In this document: piece after piece, positions 31,501-41,142 of the stretch | Layout: each line of letters opens with the position of its first letter | How positions within the stretch are numbered: the first letter of the stretch is position 1 | Origin: Methanothrix sp. | Lineage (GTDB): Archaea > Halobacteriota > Methanosarcinia > Methanotrichales > Methanotrichaceae | Assembly: GCA_037128175.1 (NCBI GenBank) | Contig: JBAXWY010000003.1 | Span: 77,076 to 141,075 of the forward strand | Direction of reading: 5' to 3' | Length of the DNA stretch: 64,000 nt | Notes under the pieces: model-generated | Databases searched by the model: none | Told to the model about the DNA's origin: nothing | Seen by the model: the letters and a program-made list of their open reading frames with translations, nothing else | Program-made: the position numbers and the translations under genes

Positions 31501-32715
31501 GATATGAACCAGACCGTTTACAGTTCTGAGGCTGATTTCAGCTCCGGCATGGCTCAGATAAGCTATAAAAAGCGTGTCCCTGGCGAAAGAGCTGTTATCC
31601 AGGAGATCGATGAAAACTACCACGGCAGCTTCCGGATAAAAGAGGCCGTGGACTCTTACGGAGAGAGCGTCAAATTCACCAAATCTGCCAAAGGCAAAGG
31701 ATTTGTATCCTCTGATAAAAGGACAAAAGGGCTGCAAAGATCCTATGAGTCGGGCAGCGGTTACTACTCATCCCAGGAGACAACTGAGCTTGGCTCAGTC
31801 AACAAATACATGAAAGTGCAATATGCGCCGGTCCTCCTTCGGGCCGGATCCCAAAACCAGAGCTATGCGAGTTTATGGGATGAAGGCATGCTGACCAAAG
31901 AAGAGGGGACGGGGGTCCTAATTAGCAAGGACATCCGTTATGCAACATCTGTCGATATGGAGGCCATGATGGAGAAATCCTCCCTCTCCCTTCTCGGTAA
32001 GTTCAATGGAACTCTTGATATAAATATGGAAAACGGGCCGCGCATCGGTCTGGATCAGACGCTCCTCGGAAGCTTTCAGATCGATACGGCGATAAGCATC
32101 CACGCCACGCCCAAGCATCTATATCCCCATGTGAATATCAGCAAGACGGCAGTCATGCTGGATGAAAATACCGTCCTCTTTCTCATCAATGTCAGCAACG
32201 ACGGCAACAAGTTGCTCAAACCACTAAATGTAACAGATTATCTTCCCAAAGGCTGCAGCTACATCAACTCCAGCATCAGAGCTAAGACGAACGGCAGCAT
32301 GGTCAATTGGACCCTTCCCTCCCTTGATATCGGCAGAACGCTGACCATAAAGATGAGAGCCAAGGTGGATGGCGGGCGCGCCTATTATACGAATAAGGTG
32401 AGCGTCAGGGCCGTCTCTAAGGAGAGCATAGTTCTGGCCAAGAACAGCACCACCTTTGAGGCTTACTATCAGCCGCTGCCCTGCTGCCCGGAAGTGGGCA
32501 CAGGCGCGGACACGGGTGCAGACAGCAAGATCAATGCCACCAGTCTCTTTAACGCTACACCCGTGAAAGGATATTGGGGTGCATGGAATCCTCCCCCAGG
32601 TTTCAATATCACCGGAAATATGACGGAATGTTCAGCGGAGTCGGAAGCCTATTATGATGAGATGGAAAAGGATGCGGCCCTGTGCAGTTGTGCATCCAAT
32701 TACGAGGTACCGTAA
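28519..32715 (+). CDS. Large secreted DUF11-repeat protein
   Basis: TTG start, signal peptide, several K.A...PG..LTY.I.Y.N.G units, Cys-rich C-terminus. Confidence 0.88.
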   Translation: MKTIFVISACFALILAFLSIAPALAAMEKEVPSGSIFNFAAQNVSQEDVSFQWSASDGSPTSSTERSFRWTAPIVDSPQNVVISLNITNSYGCCKYYNNTYNLRVLPRSVAKISLKKDCLFTAPVRIGDPVLYTYNVTNQGTLPLVDLNLTDLQNWGPDCLPIYKSGDDGNRVLDPGESWWYEYYYRVLDPSDYPMLRIMQSKMGSTQLSETIQRLMEKKVRLEIVMDNLRRFAGQFDMQAAELVTSHEILNYTYYNYSNEVTGESFSKIVDLKGNLNKTIYLDTISGAVLTVRYAVSGKILSEELYYPPPGTKEYFKIEYDLPAKGYNTITIIDYISGDTLILIVDGRGNILSKEYRRTPGYQLYIERFLLKNKATVTAKTRDGKDVSDWDSFTLEVFRPLPELRVTKTAQPESAILGGLLNYTIFYENIGGADAHDVVIKETYNKSLTFLTSDPVPDTGTVNQWSQGVLKIGESGRIQIQARVNALALPGSYITNQVELMCKENSSAISIINTTVGGNDLYINKRASANFVSPGKNLTYFITYRNNGSIKQTNVTIQDWLDPYIDLVNGSSQKYLVWRLGDLNPGEVGTITIAVKVNNSIPVSASKIINKYRINSLQFAGKTWTLVTGVIHGGLNITKIASSDFVPPGRELTYTITYQNVGSVDQTDVTIHDWLDPYVDLVDANPTLDPPNGRSGNHLWWNWTVLKPGEGGTITIKVKANINIPKDVSKIINTYKIDSNEYQGKNTTLVTDVVHSLWIRKTADKNAYNREDNITYTINYGNAGIEPADSVNVTDLLPEVILISASPLPSIISGNNLTWRVGTLGENELRIIQIVVQIPKKAKANYYETSLVQGDGYAYVRKGFDTQEKKEALINRAKISGYYGIYLYKVISNSTVVILGSPGTSISSREHGSGYYKEEAKSSLHQENKSISLEKNLFAKYGKTAFLLPGNRSLNYDSLWSDRTRVENRILGDSLSEKYLYADTLSQNSTYVADMNQTVYSSEADFSSGMAQISYKKRVPGERAVIQEIDENYHGSFRIKEAVDSYGESVKFTKSAKGKGFVSSDKRTKGLQRSYESGSGYYSSQETTELGSVNKYMKVQYAPVLLRAGSQNQSYASLWDEGMLTKEEGTGVLISKDIRYATSVDMEAMMEKSSLSLLGKFNGTLDINMENGPRIGLDQTLLGSFQIDTAISIHATPKHLYPHVNISKTAVMLDENTVLFLINVSNDGNKLLKPLNVTDYLPKGCSYINSSIRAKTNGSMVNWTLPSLDIGRTLTIKMRAKVDGGRAYYTNKVSVRAVSKESIVLAKNSTTFEAYYQPLPCCPEVGTGADTGADSKINATSLFNATPVKGYWGAWNPPPGFNITGNMTECSAESEAYYDEMEKDAALCSCASNYEVP

Positions 32716-32782
32716 GCGGCTAAATCCAGGAAAGCGTTATATTTCCTGGATTTGCCCAATCTTTACTTCCTGGATATCGACC

Positions 32783-34849
32783 TTAGGACTTCTCTTTGGC
32801 AACTCTCTTCTGGTGGCGGTACATAATGCCCAGAGCGTCCGCAACCTGTTCGGGCGTGCCAAAGACCGGAATGCCGGCATTTTCCATTTTAATGACATCG
32901 GTCTGGGCGAACTCCTTTCCCGCCACGCAGGCGATGATGGGCTTGCCCTGGTAATCGATCTTCTGGAGAGTATCCACGTAGCTGCCCAGGATCTCCGCCT
33001 GCAAGACGACGATAAAGCTGCCCACGTCCTGGCTGTCCACACCGATCTCAATGGTTTTCTTCACAGTTTCAGCATCCTGGCTGAAGGTGTAGTCCACGGG
33101 GTTCATGCCGCAGACATAATCCGGCAGCAGACTCTTCAGCCGTTCTTTTAAGGGCGGCTCCAGTTCGGAGAGACGCATGCTGTTATCGGTGATGGCGTCG
33201 GCGGCAATGACGCCCAGGGAACCCGCGTAGGTTATTATGAATACGCCTTCCCTTGTTGGCAGCGGCTGCTTGGAGATGGCACGGGCTAAGTTGAACATGT
33301 GCTCATAATCGCGGGCCCGGATGATCCCGGACTGGCGAAAGGCGGCGCTGAAGATCAGATCGTTGCCGGCTAAGGATGCCGTGTGTGATGCCACCGCCTT
33401 TTTGCCGGCATCGGTTCTGCCGGACTTGAGAACGACTATGGGCTTTTCCTGAGTGATACGCCGGGCCACATCTATGAAACGCCGCCCGCCTTTCACGGAC
33501 TCAAGATACATGCAGATGACATTGATGTTCTCGTCTTGGCTCACTGCCTCCAGAATATCGGTCTCGTTGATGTCTAGCTTGTTGCCGATGGTGGCGATAA
33601 TGCCGAAATCCATGATATGGCGCAGCCCCCAGAGCATACCGGCTGCGCACACCCCTGCCTGCGAGACCAGGCCGATATTGCCCATGGATAGAGCATCCAC
33701 AATGCCTATGGATTGGACCATGCTACAGTGGGTGTTGATGATGCCTGAGCAGTTGGGGCCGAGCAGCCGCACGCCGTACCTGTCGGCGATATCCTTCATC
33801 AGCAGCTCAATCTTCTTGCCGTCCTCGCCTAATTCGGCGAAGCCGGCTGACTCAACCACGATGTAGCGCACGCCGCACTTGCAGCACTCCTCAACAACAT
33901 CCGCGGTCACTCCGGCCGAGACGAGGACGATGGCCACATCCACCGATTCCGGTACGGCGCTGATGCAGGGGTAAGCCTTCAGACCGTGAATCTCATCGGC
34001 CTTGGGATTGATGGGATAGAGCTTCCCACGGAATTTGTGGCTGACGAGATTGGTAAAGACGTTCCATCCCAGCTTTCCCGGCGTGCCGGAGGCACCAATG
34101 ACGGCAATGCTCCTGGGATAAAACAGGTCGTGCAAGTCCTGTTCGACGGCAGCAGGCGGGACAGGCCGCGGCTCTCCCAGGATTATGCGAGCATCAACCA
34201 CCATGTAGCCATCCGGATAGAGGAACACGGGATTGATATCCATCTCCGAGATGACGGGATTTGTTATGACAAAGTCCGAGATGGCCATCAATAGCTTCTC
34301 CAGCGCCTCAATATCGGAAGAGTAACCGCGATACCCTCGCAAAAGAGCATAGCCTTTGATCTCCTCGATCATATCTTTGGCATCGGAGGCAGAGATAGGA
34401 ATGGAGCGGAAGGAGACATCTTTTAAAACCTCTACGAAGACTCCGCCCAGACCAAACATCAAAATCGGCCCGAAAGTGGCGTCATTGGCTACTCCCACGA
34501 TGGCCTCCACCCCCGGCCGGGCCATCTTCTGCACCGAGATGCCCGCGACCTTTTTGTCCAGGAATGCCTGGATGATTTCCCGATAGGCGGCTCTCACTTC
34601 GTCGGCATCCCTTAAATTTAGCTTAACTCCGCCGGCATCGGATTTATGGACTACATCCACAGAAAGCACCTTCATGGCCACGGGAGCGGCCAGGGATTGG
34701 AATATCTCTACAGCTTCGTCCTCTGACTTTGCTACCCCGGCTCCGGTGGTGGTGATGCCCAGGCTTTCCAGAACGGCTTTGCTCTCATGCTCCATCAGGT
34801 AGGTTCTTCCTTCGGCCAGTGCCCTATCAATAACTTCTTGCTTTGCCAT
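32783..34849 (-). CDS. ADP-forming acyl-CoA synthetase, fused beta-alpha form
   Basis: N-terminal ATP-grasp (HKSDAGGV, FGLGGVFVE, DINP) then CoA-binding domain (VIGAS, GPNCSG, SHTASLAG catalytic His); likely start MAKQEV. Confidence 0.92.
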   Translation of the reverse strand: MAKQEVIDRALAEGRTYLMEHESKAVLESLGITTTGAGVAKSEDEAVEIFQSLAAPVAMKVLSVDVVHKSDAGGVKLNLRDADEVRAAYREIIQAFLDKKVAGISVQKMARPGVEAIVGVANDATFGPILMFGLGGVFVEVLKDVSFRSIPISASDAKDMIEEIKGYALLRGYRGYSSDIEALEKLLMAISDFVITNPVISEMDINPVFLYPDGYMVVDARIILGEPRPVPPAAVEQDLHDLFYPRSIAVIGASGTPGKLGWNVFTNLVSHKFRGKLYPINPKADEIHGLKAYPCISAVPESVDVAIVLVSAGVTADVVEECCKCGVRYIVVESAGFAELGEDGKKIELLMKDIADRYGVRLLGPNCSGIINTHCSMVQSIGIVDALSMGNIGLVSQAGVCAAGMLWGLRHIMDFGIIATIGNKLDINETDILEAVSQDENINVICMYLESVKGGRRFIDVARRITQEKPIVVLKSGRTDAGKKAVASHTASLAGNDLIFSAAFRQSGIIRARDYEHMFNLARAISKQPLPTREGVFIITYAGSLGVIAADAITDNSMRLSELEPPLKERLKSLLPDYVCGMNPVDYTFSQDAETVKKTIEIGVDSQDVGSFIVVLQAEILGSYVDTLQKIDYQGKPIIACVAGKEFAQTDVIKMENAGIPVFGTPEQVADALGIMYRHQKRVAKEKS

Positions 34850-35139
34850 TTTGACCCCTAAATTAGCATCTTTTAGTTTGCAGCTATGCATTTGTTTAGC
34901 AGGGTTTTATCCTTAAAAAGCTTGCCCGAATTGTGACTTTGCATGTAAAGTCAGTTCTGCATTAATTCCGTAGTTGAGGTGTGTATATTTAATAATCAAT
35001 TTCCACATTAAACTTCATTAAATACACGGACTTGTAAAAGAAACGATCTATGGAATTATCGCAATCTGTACCCGCAAAGCAAAACTTTATAAAACGACAC
35101 AACCTAGGCGTGATACACTAAGAATGGAGACCCGTCTTC

Positions 35140-35628
35140 ATGGTCGTAGAAAATACAGAACACGCAAGAGAGCTAATTAAAAGTTGGATGGATAGTCGAG
35201 GCTTTTTTGATCCAGCAGCTAGTCCAAATACTATCCCGGACGGGTTTCATTTCGTAATAGCTGGAAAAGCGGAAAATGGAATTCCCTTTTATGTAATCCA
35301 ACCCACAGATTTAAACGAGGCTATTAAAGTAATAGCGAATGTAATGCTTGGCAGAGAGCATTTGGATGCGTTTAATGGCCTGGAAGCTAATGATCGCGAA
35401 GAACTATTATGGAATTTACAAAAAGATATCATTTTTACACCCACCACATATTCCTTCAACGAGGAATATAAAAAGGATGGCATTTTTACGGGTGCCCAAT
35501 TTACGAAAGAGATATCTTATGACGAGCTTACAAAGGGAAAACTCAGTGATGCGGCAATAGATGTCACCAAATGCGTTCTTTGGGTAGTCTGGACTTTTGT
35601 AAAAATATTTGGGCCTACAAAGGAGTAA
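35140..35628 (+). CDS. DUF2299/YbjN-like protein
   Basis: IKSWM...EHLDAF..L...R.ELLW.LQ...ISYDELTK..L; AT-rich. Confidence 0.6.
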   Translation: MVVENTEHARELIKSWMDSRGFFDPAASPNTIPDGFHFVIAGKAENGIPFYVIQPTDLNEAIKVIANVMLGREHLDAFNGLEANDREELLWNLQKDIIFTPTTYSFNEEYKKDGIFTGAQFTKEISYDELTKGKLSDAAIDVTKCVLWVVWTFVKIFGPTKE

Positions 35629-35631
35629 CAA

Positions 35632-36333
35632 ATGTTCAGCCACGGTCGCCAATTTGATACTACAGTGGTGAGGTCCACATTACGGAGTGGGTCTGGAATC
35701 GATTGGGGTCTACAAAGAGTTGTTAATCCCGCAGTAGCAAAACTAAGATTACGATATTCTATCTCGGACGAAATGATCAGAGAAAGAAATCCAATAAAAA
35801 TAATAGGTTTAAAGTCACAAATTAGCACTAAAGATAATATGAGAGATGAAACGATGTATCCTGTGATTAAGTTCTTCGATTGCCATATTAAGTTATCCGA
35901 AGGACTCAATAATCTGATTACACAAAACTTCTCAGATAGCAATATCTATGACCCCATTTCGAATATAATCTCAGAATATGATCATAATCTAGCGCACCTG
36001 CCAGACCTCGTATCAGATATTTTCTTTGACTATACCGATTTGCTCGAGGGAGTTCTCTTAGTATCAAAAAGAAGAGATATTGCTGTAACAGATATTAAAG
36101 ATATATTGATAAAATTTGGCAATTGTTATTCTAAAATATATTCCTTGATGAAATCAAGCCATCACAATGATACTACACCAATCGCAGAAGAGTTGGCCCG
36201 ACTAAAGGAAGAAATAGACAATCGAGGGCTATTACCCACGGTCGATGAGTGCGAGCAGGAAATGGAAGAGACATTTGAATCAATGAATGGCGAAGAAAAA
36301 GAAGATCTAGCTCGCTTGCTTAGGACGGATTAA
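35632..36333 (+). CDS. Hypothetical protein with acidic helical C-terminus
   Basis: 233-codon ORF in AT-rich DNA, GGAG RBS, 3 bp after upstream gene. Confidence 0.65.
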   Translation: MFSHGRQFDTTVVRSTLRSGSGIDWGLQRVVNPAVAKLRLRYSISDEMIRERNPIKIIGLKSQISTKDNMRDETMYPVIKFFDCHIKLSEGLNNLITQNFSDSNIYDPISNIISEYDHNLAHLPDLVSDIFFDYTDLLEGVLLVSKRRDIAVTDIKDILIKFGNCYSKIYSLMKSSHHNDTTPIAEELARLKEEIDNRGLLPTVDECEQEMEETFESMNGEEKEDLARLLRTD

Positions 36334-36870
36334 ACAAAACTGTAAGCAAGGCGTGGCTCCCAGGCAGGCCGTTGCTTCGGAAACGAGTTCTTTTTCGTTT
36401 TTCTTTATGTCCGTATAGTCTATGGTTATGAAATGTGGATTATGAAGTGCTTTATTTTCATTACACCACAAGAACGCATTGGTTAAAAGGTGTGCGTCTC
36501 TGTCCTTTAGATTGCCGTCTATTCTTTTTCTTAGCAACAAGCTATTTATTATTTTGAAAAGCGTATCATATATTTCCTTCGTGGTATTAATATAATCAAT
36601 ATCTTTAATCTCATTATTATCAAATAGTGCTTTTCCCGTCATTACTATCAATCTTAATATCCGGTCAGATTTTATAAGTCCGCCGCGCCTTCTTCTTTCG
36701 CCAACAGAATGGATTTCTTCATCTATAATTCGTTTAGAGCTATAATAATTATGCGTTTTACGAGGGAATTTCTTAAAGTGGTCGTGGCAAGGTTTGTGCC
36801 ACGTCTTATCAGATAAATCTATATCACCATAAATTATTCCAGAATCTAAAAATAAATCATTACGACCCAT
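36307..36870 (-). CDS. PIN-like domain protein
   Basis: LFLDSGII...IIDEEI...DRDAHLL...FITID; likely start MGRNDL at 36870. Confidence 0.6.
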   Translation of the reverse strand: MGRNDLFLDSGIIYGDIDLSDKTWHKPCHDHFKKFPRKTHNYYSSKRIIDEEIHSVGERRRRGGLIKSDRILRLIVMTGKALFDNNEIKDIDYINTTKEIYDTLFKIINSLLLRKRIDGNLKDRDAHLLTNAFLWCNENKALHNPHFITIDYTDIKKNEKELVSEATACLGATPCLQFCLIRPKQAS

Positions 36871-37015
36871 TAAGGTGGAGTTGTTAGTATGGGCAAATAT
36901 AGTTTTGCATGATGTGCAAAGCCCCAAATTGTGGGGAAAAATTTTTGTCATTCCTTTTGTCATCCTCCTTTCGGAAGCGATGCTCTTATCTCGGATAAAT
37001 GCCTAATAATTTTGC

Positions 37016-37759
37016 ATGGATAAAGAAATCGTCCAGGTAATCCTTGAGAATGAGCCCACCGTCAAGAACCCACTCTTGATCGAGGGATTCCCGGGAATTG
37101 GCCTGGTAGGCAACATTGCCAGCCAGTACATCGTCACCGAACTGAATATGACCTATCTCGGGGCCATGAGCTCCCGGTACTTCCCGCCACTGGCCGTTCT
37201 CACAGGCGGCGTTGTTAACATGCCGGTTCGCATTTATGAGGATGTGGCCAAGGGCCTGGTAATCCTCACAGCCGACATTCCCGTACATCCCCTGGCCTCT
37301 TATGAGATTGGAAAGGAGATCGTATCCTTTGCAGAGTCCATAGGCGCTCGGGAGATGGTCTGCCTGGCAGGCATAACGGTGATGGGCGACGAGCACCGGG
37401 TCTTTGGTGCAGTGAGCAGGCTGGATCTGCTTGATAAGATAAAGGACAAGGCCGAGATCTTTGAGATAGGGACAATTACCGGCATTACCGGCAGCATCAT
37501 GAACGAGTGCCGTATAAGAAATCTGCCTGCTATCTGCCTTTTGGGCGAGACGGCTTCGGCGGAACCCGACCCAAGAGCGGCCATTGCCACGATCGAGACG
37601 CTCAATAAGATCTACGATTTGGGGATAAACACGGCCAAACTCTCCGAGCAGGCTGAGCAGATCGAGGTGCAGATGGCGCAACTGGCCCAGCAGATGAAAG
37701 GGGCATCTACCGAGGAACAACAAGCTCAGATGCCCAAAGAGTTTCCTATGTACGGGTGA
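37016..37759 (+). CDS. PAC2-family proteasome assembly chaperone
   Basis: IEGFPGIGLVGNIA, GTITGITG, PDPRAA, C-terminal MYG. Confidence 0.92.
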   Translation: MDKEIVQVILENEPTVKNPLLIEGFPGIGLVGNIASQYIVTELNMTYLGAMSSRYFPPLAVLTGGVVNMPVRIYEDVAKGLVILTADIPVHPLASYEIGKEIVSFAESIGAREMVCLAGITVMGDEHRVFGAVSRLDLLDKIKDKAEIFEIGTITGITGSIMNECRIRNLPAICLLGETASAEPDPRAAIATIETLNKIYDLGINTAKLSEQAEQIEVQMAQLAQQMKGASTEEQQAQMPKEFPMYG

Positions 37760-37765
37760 TGCCTC

Positions 37766-38155
37766 ATGATTTACATAGCGCTAACGGGATTGGCAAGACA
37801 TGTGATGAATGAGCTTACTGCAGCTCGGGTCAGGACAGTGGAGATTCGTAGCCCCAACAACTTCTTTACGCTTTTGCGTGTTCAGCCGGGAGACCGGATC
37901 TTTCTTACACAGTCCAGTGCCCCGGATATAGTTCCAGGAACTGGGGGGCTCATCGCCAGCATAAGAGCTCTACAGATCATTACCCATCGCACAGTTCAAT
38001 CAAACGAGGACTACTACGAAGAGCGTGAGTCTCAGGCGGCAAGAGTACAACTGCAACTTGTGGCCGTGGGCCGGGTGAGAAAGATCACCAACTTTGAGCC
38101 CGGCACGCCACTCATGCTGGATGTGGATGAGGTGAGGTACTGCGACGCGCGCTGA
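37766..38155 (+). CDS. DUF473-family protein
   Basis: ALTGL...RTVEIRSPNNF...GD.IFLT. Confidence 0.8.
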   Translation: MIYIALTGLARHVMNELTAARVRTVEIRSPNNFFTLLRVQPGDRIFLTQSSAPDIVPGTGGLIASIRALQIITHRTVQSNEDYYEERESQAARVQLQLVAVGRVRKITNFEPGTPLMLDVDEVRYCDAR

Positions 38156-38177
38156 GATTGGTTAACTCTGCCAAGAA

Positions 38178-38236
38178 GATCATAACCAACAGCTAGCGAC
38201 TATTCCACCACAGAGACACAGAGGACGCATAGAGTT
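38178..38236. repeat. Partial palindromic element at the CRISPR trailer end
   Basis: GATCATAACCAACAGCTAGCGACTATTCCACCACAGAGACACAGAG; near-identical reverse complement lies at ~50257-50302. Confidence 0.8.
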
Positions 38237-38369
38237 TCCTTTAAAAAGTGGAAATCGCGAAGATCCGTCACTATTTTTTTCGCAATTTTCCCATGGGAAA
38301 CTGAATTTTGACGTCCATAGATTCTTGTTTCCCATCCGCCCGTGTGACCCCCTGCCTGGGCTCATGGGC

Positions 38370-40764
38370 GTTTCAATCCCTGTCGAGTTTTCAAGTGCGC
38401 TGCAACCTCCCTTTGGCAAGCGAGGCCATTTCCACGAGTTTCAATCCCTGTCGGGTTTTCAAGTGCGCTGCAACTGCAATCGCTTTACTCGCGGCGGAAA
38501 GTGCATCACAGTTTCAATCCCTGTCGGGTTTTCAAGTGCGCTGCAACCCAGCTCAAGACATGGTTGGGCTACTTCTGGAAATCGTTTCAATCCCTGTCGG
38601 GTTTTCAAGTGCGCTGCAACGGAAGGCTCTTTGTCCCAGCCTGCACCGACTCCTGCTGGTTTCAATCCCTGTCGGGTTTTCAAGTGCGCTGCAACCGCTG
38701 ACTCGGGCGAGTCCTGCCCATCCAACCGGGCTGTTTCAATCCCTGTCGGGTTTTCAAGTGCGCTGCAACTCTGCAAGCTCGATATTCTCAACAGGCAGCC
38801 AAGAACGTTTCAATCCCTGTCGGGTTTTCAAGTGCGCTGCAACTACATCGGAGATGGAGGAAAGATCAGAGAATAGCGAGTTTCAATCCCTGTCGGGTTT
38901 TCAAGTGCGCTGCAACTAGACACTGGCAATGCTAACGGTTACGATCTGATCTAGTTTCAATCCCTGTCGGGTTTTCAAGTGCGCTGCAACTCATGGCCGT
39001 TATTAGTCAGAAGGGCGGAAACATAATGTTTCAATCCCTGTCGGGTTTTCAAGTGCGCTGCAACTATCCGGTTCTCGCCTACTACTAGATCAGCATGGGC
39101 GTTTCAATCCCTGTCGGGTTTTCAAGTGCGCTGCAACACTCTTCTGCGATATTTAAGACCACTAGAAGAGCATCGTTTCAATCCCTGTCGGGTTTTCAAG
39201 TGCGCTGCAACTTCTGGGGCCAAATCCATCATTGGCTGTGGCGTCATCGGTTTCAATCCCTGTCGGGTTTTCAAGTGCGCTGCAACGGAATATGATTGGC
39301 AAAGCCTTTACCAACAGAACCGTTTCAATCCCTGTCGGGTTTTCAAGTGCGCTGCAACAGATGCAGATACCTCGTTTAAGTGTTACGACAACATCGTTTC
39401 AATCCCTGTCGGGTTTTCAAGTGCGCTGCAACAGGCGTCGGTGGATCGGTAACTGGAAACACAATGACAGTTTCAATCCCTGTCGGGTTTTCAAGTGCGC
39501 TGCAACTATGTGAAGCTATAGCCACATGCGCTATATGTGGCCGGTTTCAATCCCTGTCGGGTTTTCAAGTGCGCTGCAACGGAGAAGCAGATAGCAGAGA
39601 TCGATATTGGTCAAAGTTTCAATCCCTGTCGGGTTTTCAAGTGCGCTGCAACAATGCGGTTGCCATACCGTCAAGCACCTGGTATAACAGTTTCAATCCC
39701 TGTCGGGTTTTCAAGTGCGCTGCAACTATCAATGACCGTGATAACCAACCAGCAATCCATAGGTTTCAATCCCTGTCGGGTTTTCAAGTGCGCTGCAACG
39801 ACTGGAAATATTGCCGTCAATGATGGACTCTGGCATGTTTCAATCCCTGTCGGGTTTTCAAGTGCGCTGCAACCTTTCCACGTGTGGTCCGAGGGCGTAT
39901 AGATATGCTGGTTTCAATCCCTGTCGGGTTTTCAAGTGCGCTGCAACCGTGATGGTCGGCTCCACCGCTGGCCAGTATTCCGCCGTTTCAATCCCTGTCG
40001 GGTTTTCAAGTGCGCTGCAACTGCCGCCAGCGAATTGATTTGGGATTGCAATTCATCGCTGTTTCAATCCCTGTCGGGTTTTCAAGTGCGCTGCAACAAA
40101 CGTGGTTGGCGGGGTCGTCGGGAATGCCCAGAGCATGTTTCAATCCCTGTCGGGTTTTCAAGTGCGCTGCAACGGCAGGAGTCGGTGTCCGGCTAGTGGT
40201 GAGGGGATGGGTTTCAATCCCTGTCGGGTTTTCAAGTGCGCTGCAACGCTATCTCATCAGGATGGTTGGGCGGATCAACCAGAGTTTCAATCCCTGTCGG
40301 GTTTTCAAGTGCGCTGCAACTCTATCCTCACGAAACGTAGGTCGTCTCTTTGTAGTTGGTTTCAATCCCTGTCGGGTTTTCAAGTGCGCTGCAACTACAT
40401 CGAAGATGTCTTTGACCATCGAGCCATTCTAGTTTCAATCCCTGTCGGGTTTTCAAGTGCGCTGCAACACAAATGGCAAGCCACATGGGCTATAGGCCTA
40501 TGAGATGTTTCAATCCCTGTCGGGTTTTCAAGTGCGCTGCAACACAAAAGTCCAGGTGGATTGCGTTGGCTATTCGATGTTTCAATCCCTGTCGGGTTTT
40601 CAAGTGCGCTGCAACATCACAGTGATCGATGCAGGCGGGGCAGATGTCTATACGTTTCAATCCCTGTCGGGTTTTCAAGTGCGCTGCAACATTGCTACCG
40701 GCAGAATAGGTGCCATTGATTATATGCGTTTCAATCCCTGTCGGGTTTTCAAGTGCGCTGCAAC
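38370..40764 (-). CRISPR. CRISPR array, 33 repeats (37 bp, GTTGCAGCGCACTTGAAAACCCGACAGGGATTGAAAC on minus strand) and 32 spacers
   Basis: Repeats counted by eye; the repeat at 38370 has a mismatch and the adjacent spacer is 31 nt (trailer end); ATTGAAAC 3' end gives the orientation. Confidence 0.98.
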
Positions 40765-40875
40765 TGCGGGTCAAAAATGGTCCTTTTACCCTAAAAACCT
40801 TTCTAAAAGCCCGAAAATCAACCCCTAAAAAATGGACCTCTGGCGTACCAGGCCTTTATAAAGGTCCATGTAAAA
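40765..40875 (-). promoter_or_regulatory. CRISPR leader
   Basis: Non-coding, between cas2 stop and first repeat; TTTATAAA at ~40855-40862 inside an ATGGACCT...AGGTCCAT inverted repeat. Confidence 0.75.
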
Positions 40876-41142
40876 CTAGATCACATTCGACTTCTTCTCG
40901 GGCATCTTCAGCCCAAGATCGGTAATTGCACCCACACAGCGCTCGCAAAGCACATAGATGCGTACTTTGTCACCTGCACCAATCTCCGCCTTAATATCAT
41001 CTTCCATCTGCAGCCGCTGAATGTCGCTGATCTCCAGCTCGAAGACGCTGTATTGCTTCCAGGCTCCATAGCTCTCCAGGATCTTGAAGACTCTGGTGCG
41101 GGTGCGATTATCGCTAATATCGTAGGTGATGGCAAGTCTCAT
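40876..41142 (-). CDS. cas2: CRISPR-associated Cas2
   Basis: ITYDISDN...YGAWKQYSVFE. Confidence 0.97.
   Translation of the reverse strand: MRLAITYDISDNRTRTRVFKILESYGAWKQYSVFELEISDIQRLQMEDDIKAEIGAGDKVRIYVLCERCVGAITDLGLKMPEKKSNVI

Noticed and set aside
40616-40653. Spacer partly resembling 54891-54908 (TGCAGGC(C)GGGGCAGAT)
   Set aside because: Short gapped match only; not credible self-targeting.
38308-40925. Many overlapping ORFs with FQSLSGFQVRCN/VSIPVGFSSALQ repeats
   Set aside because: Translations of CRISPR repeats, not genes.
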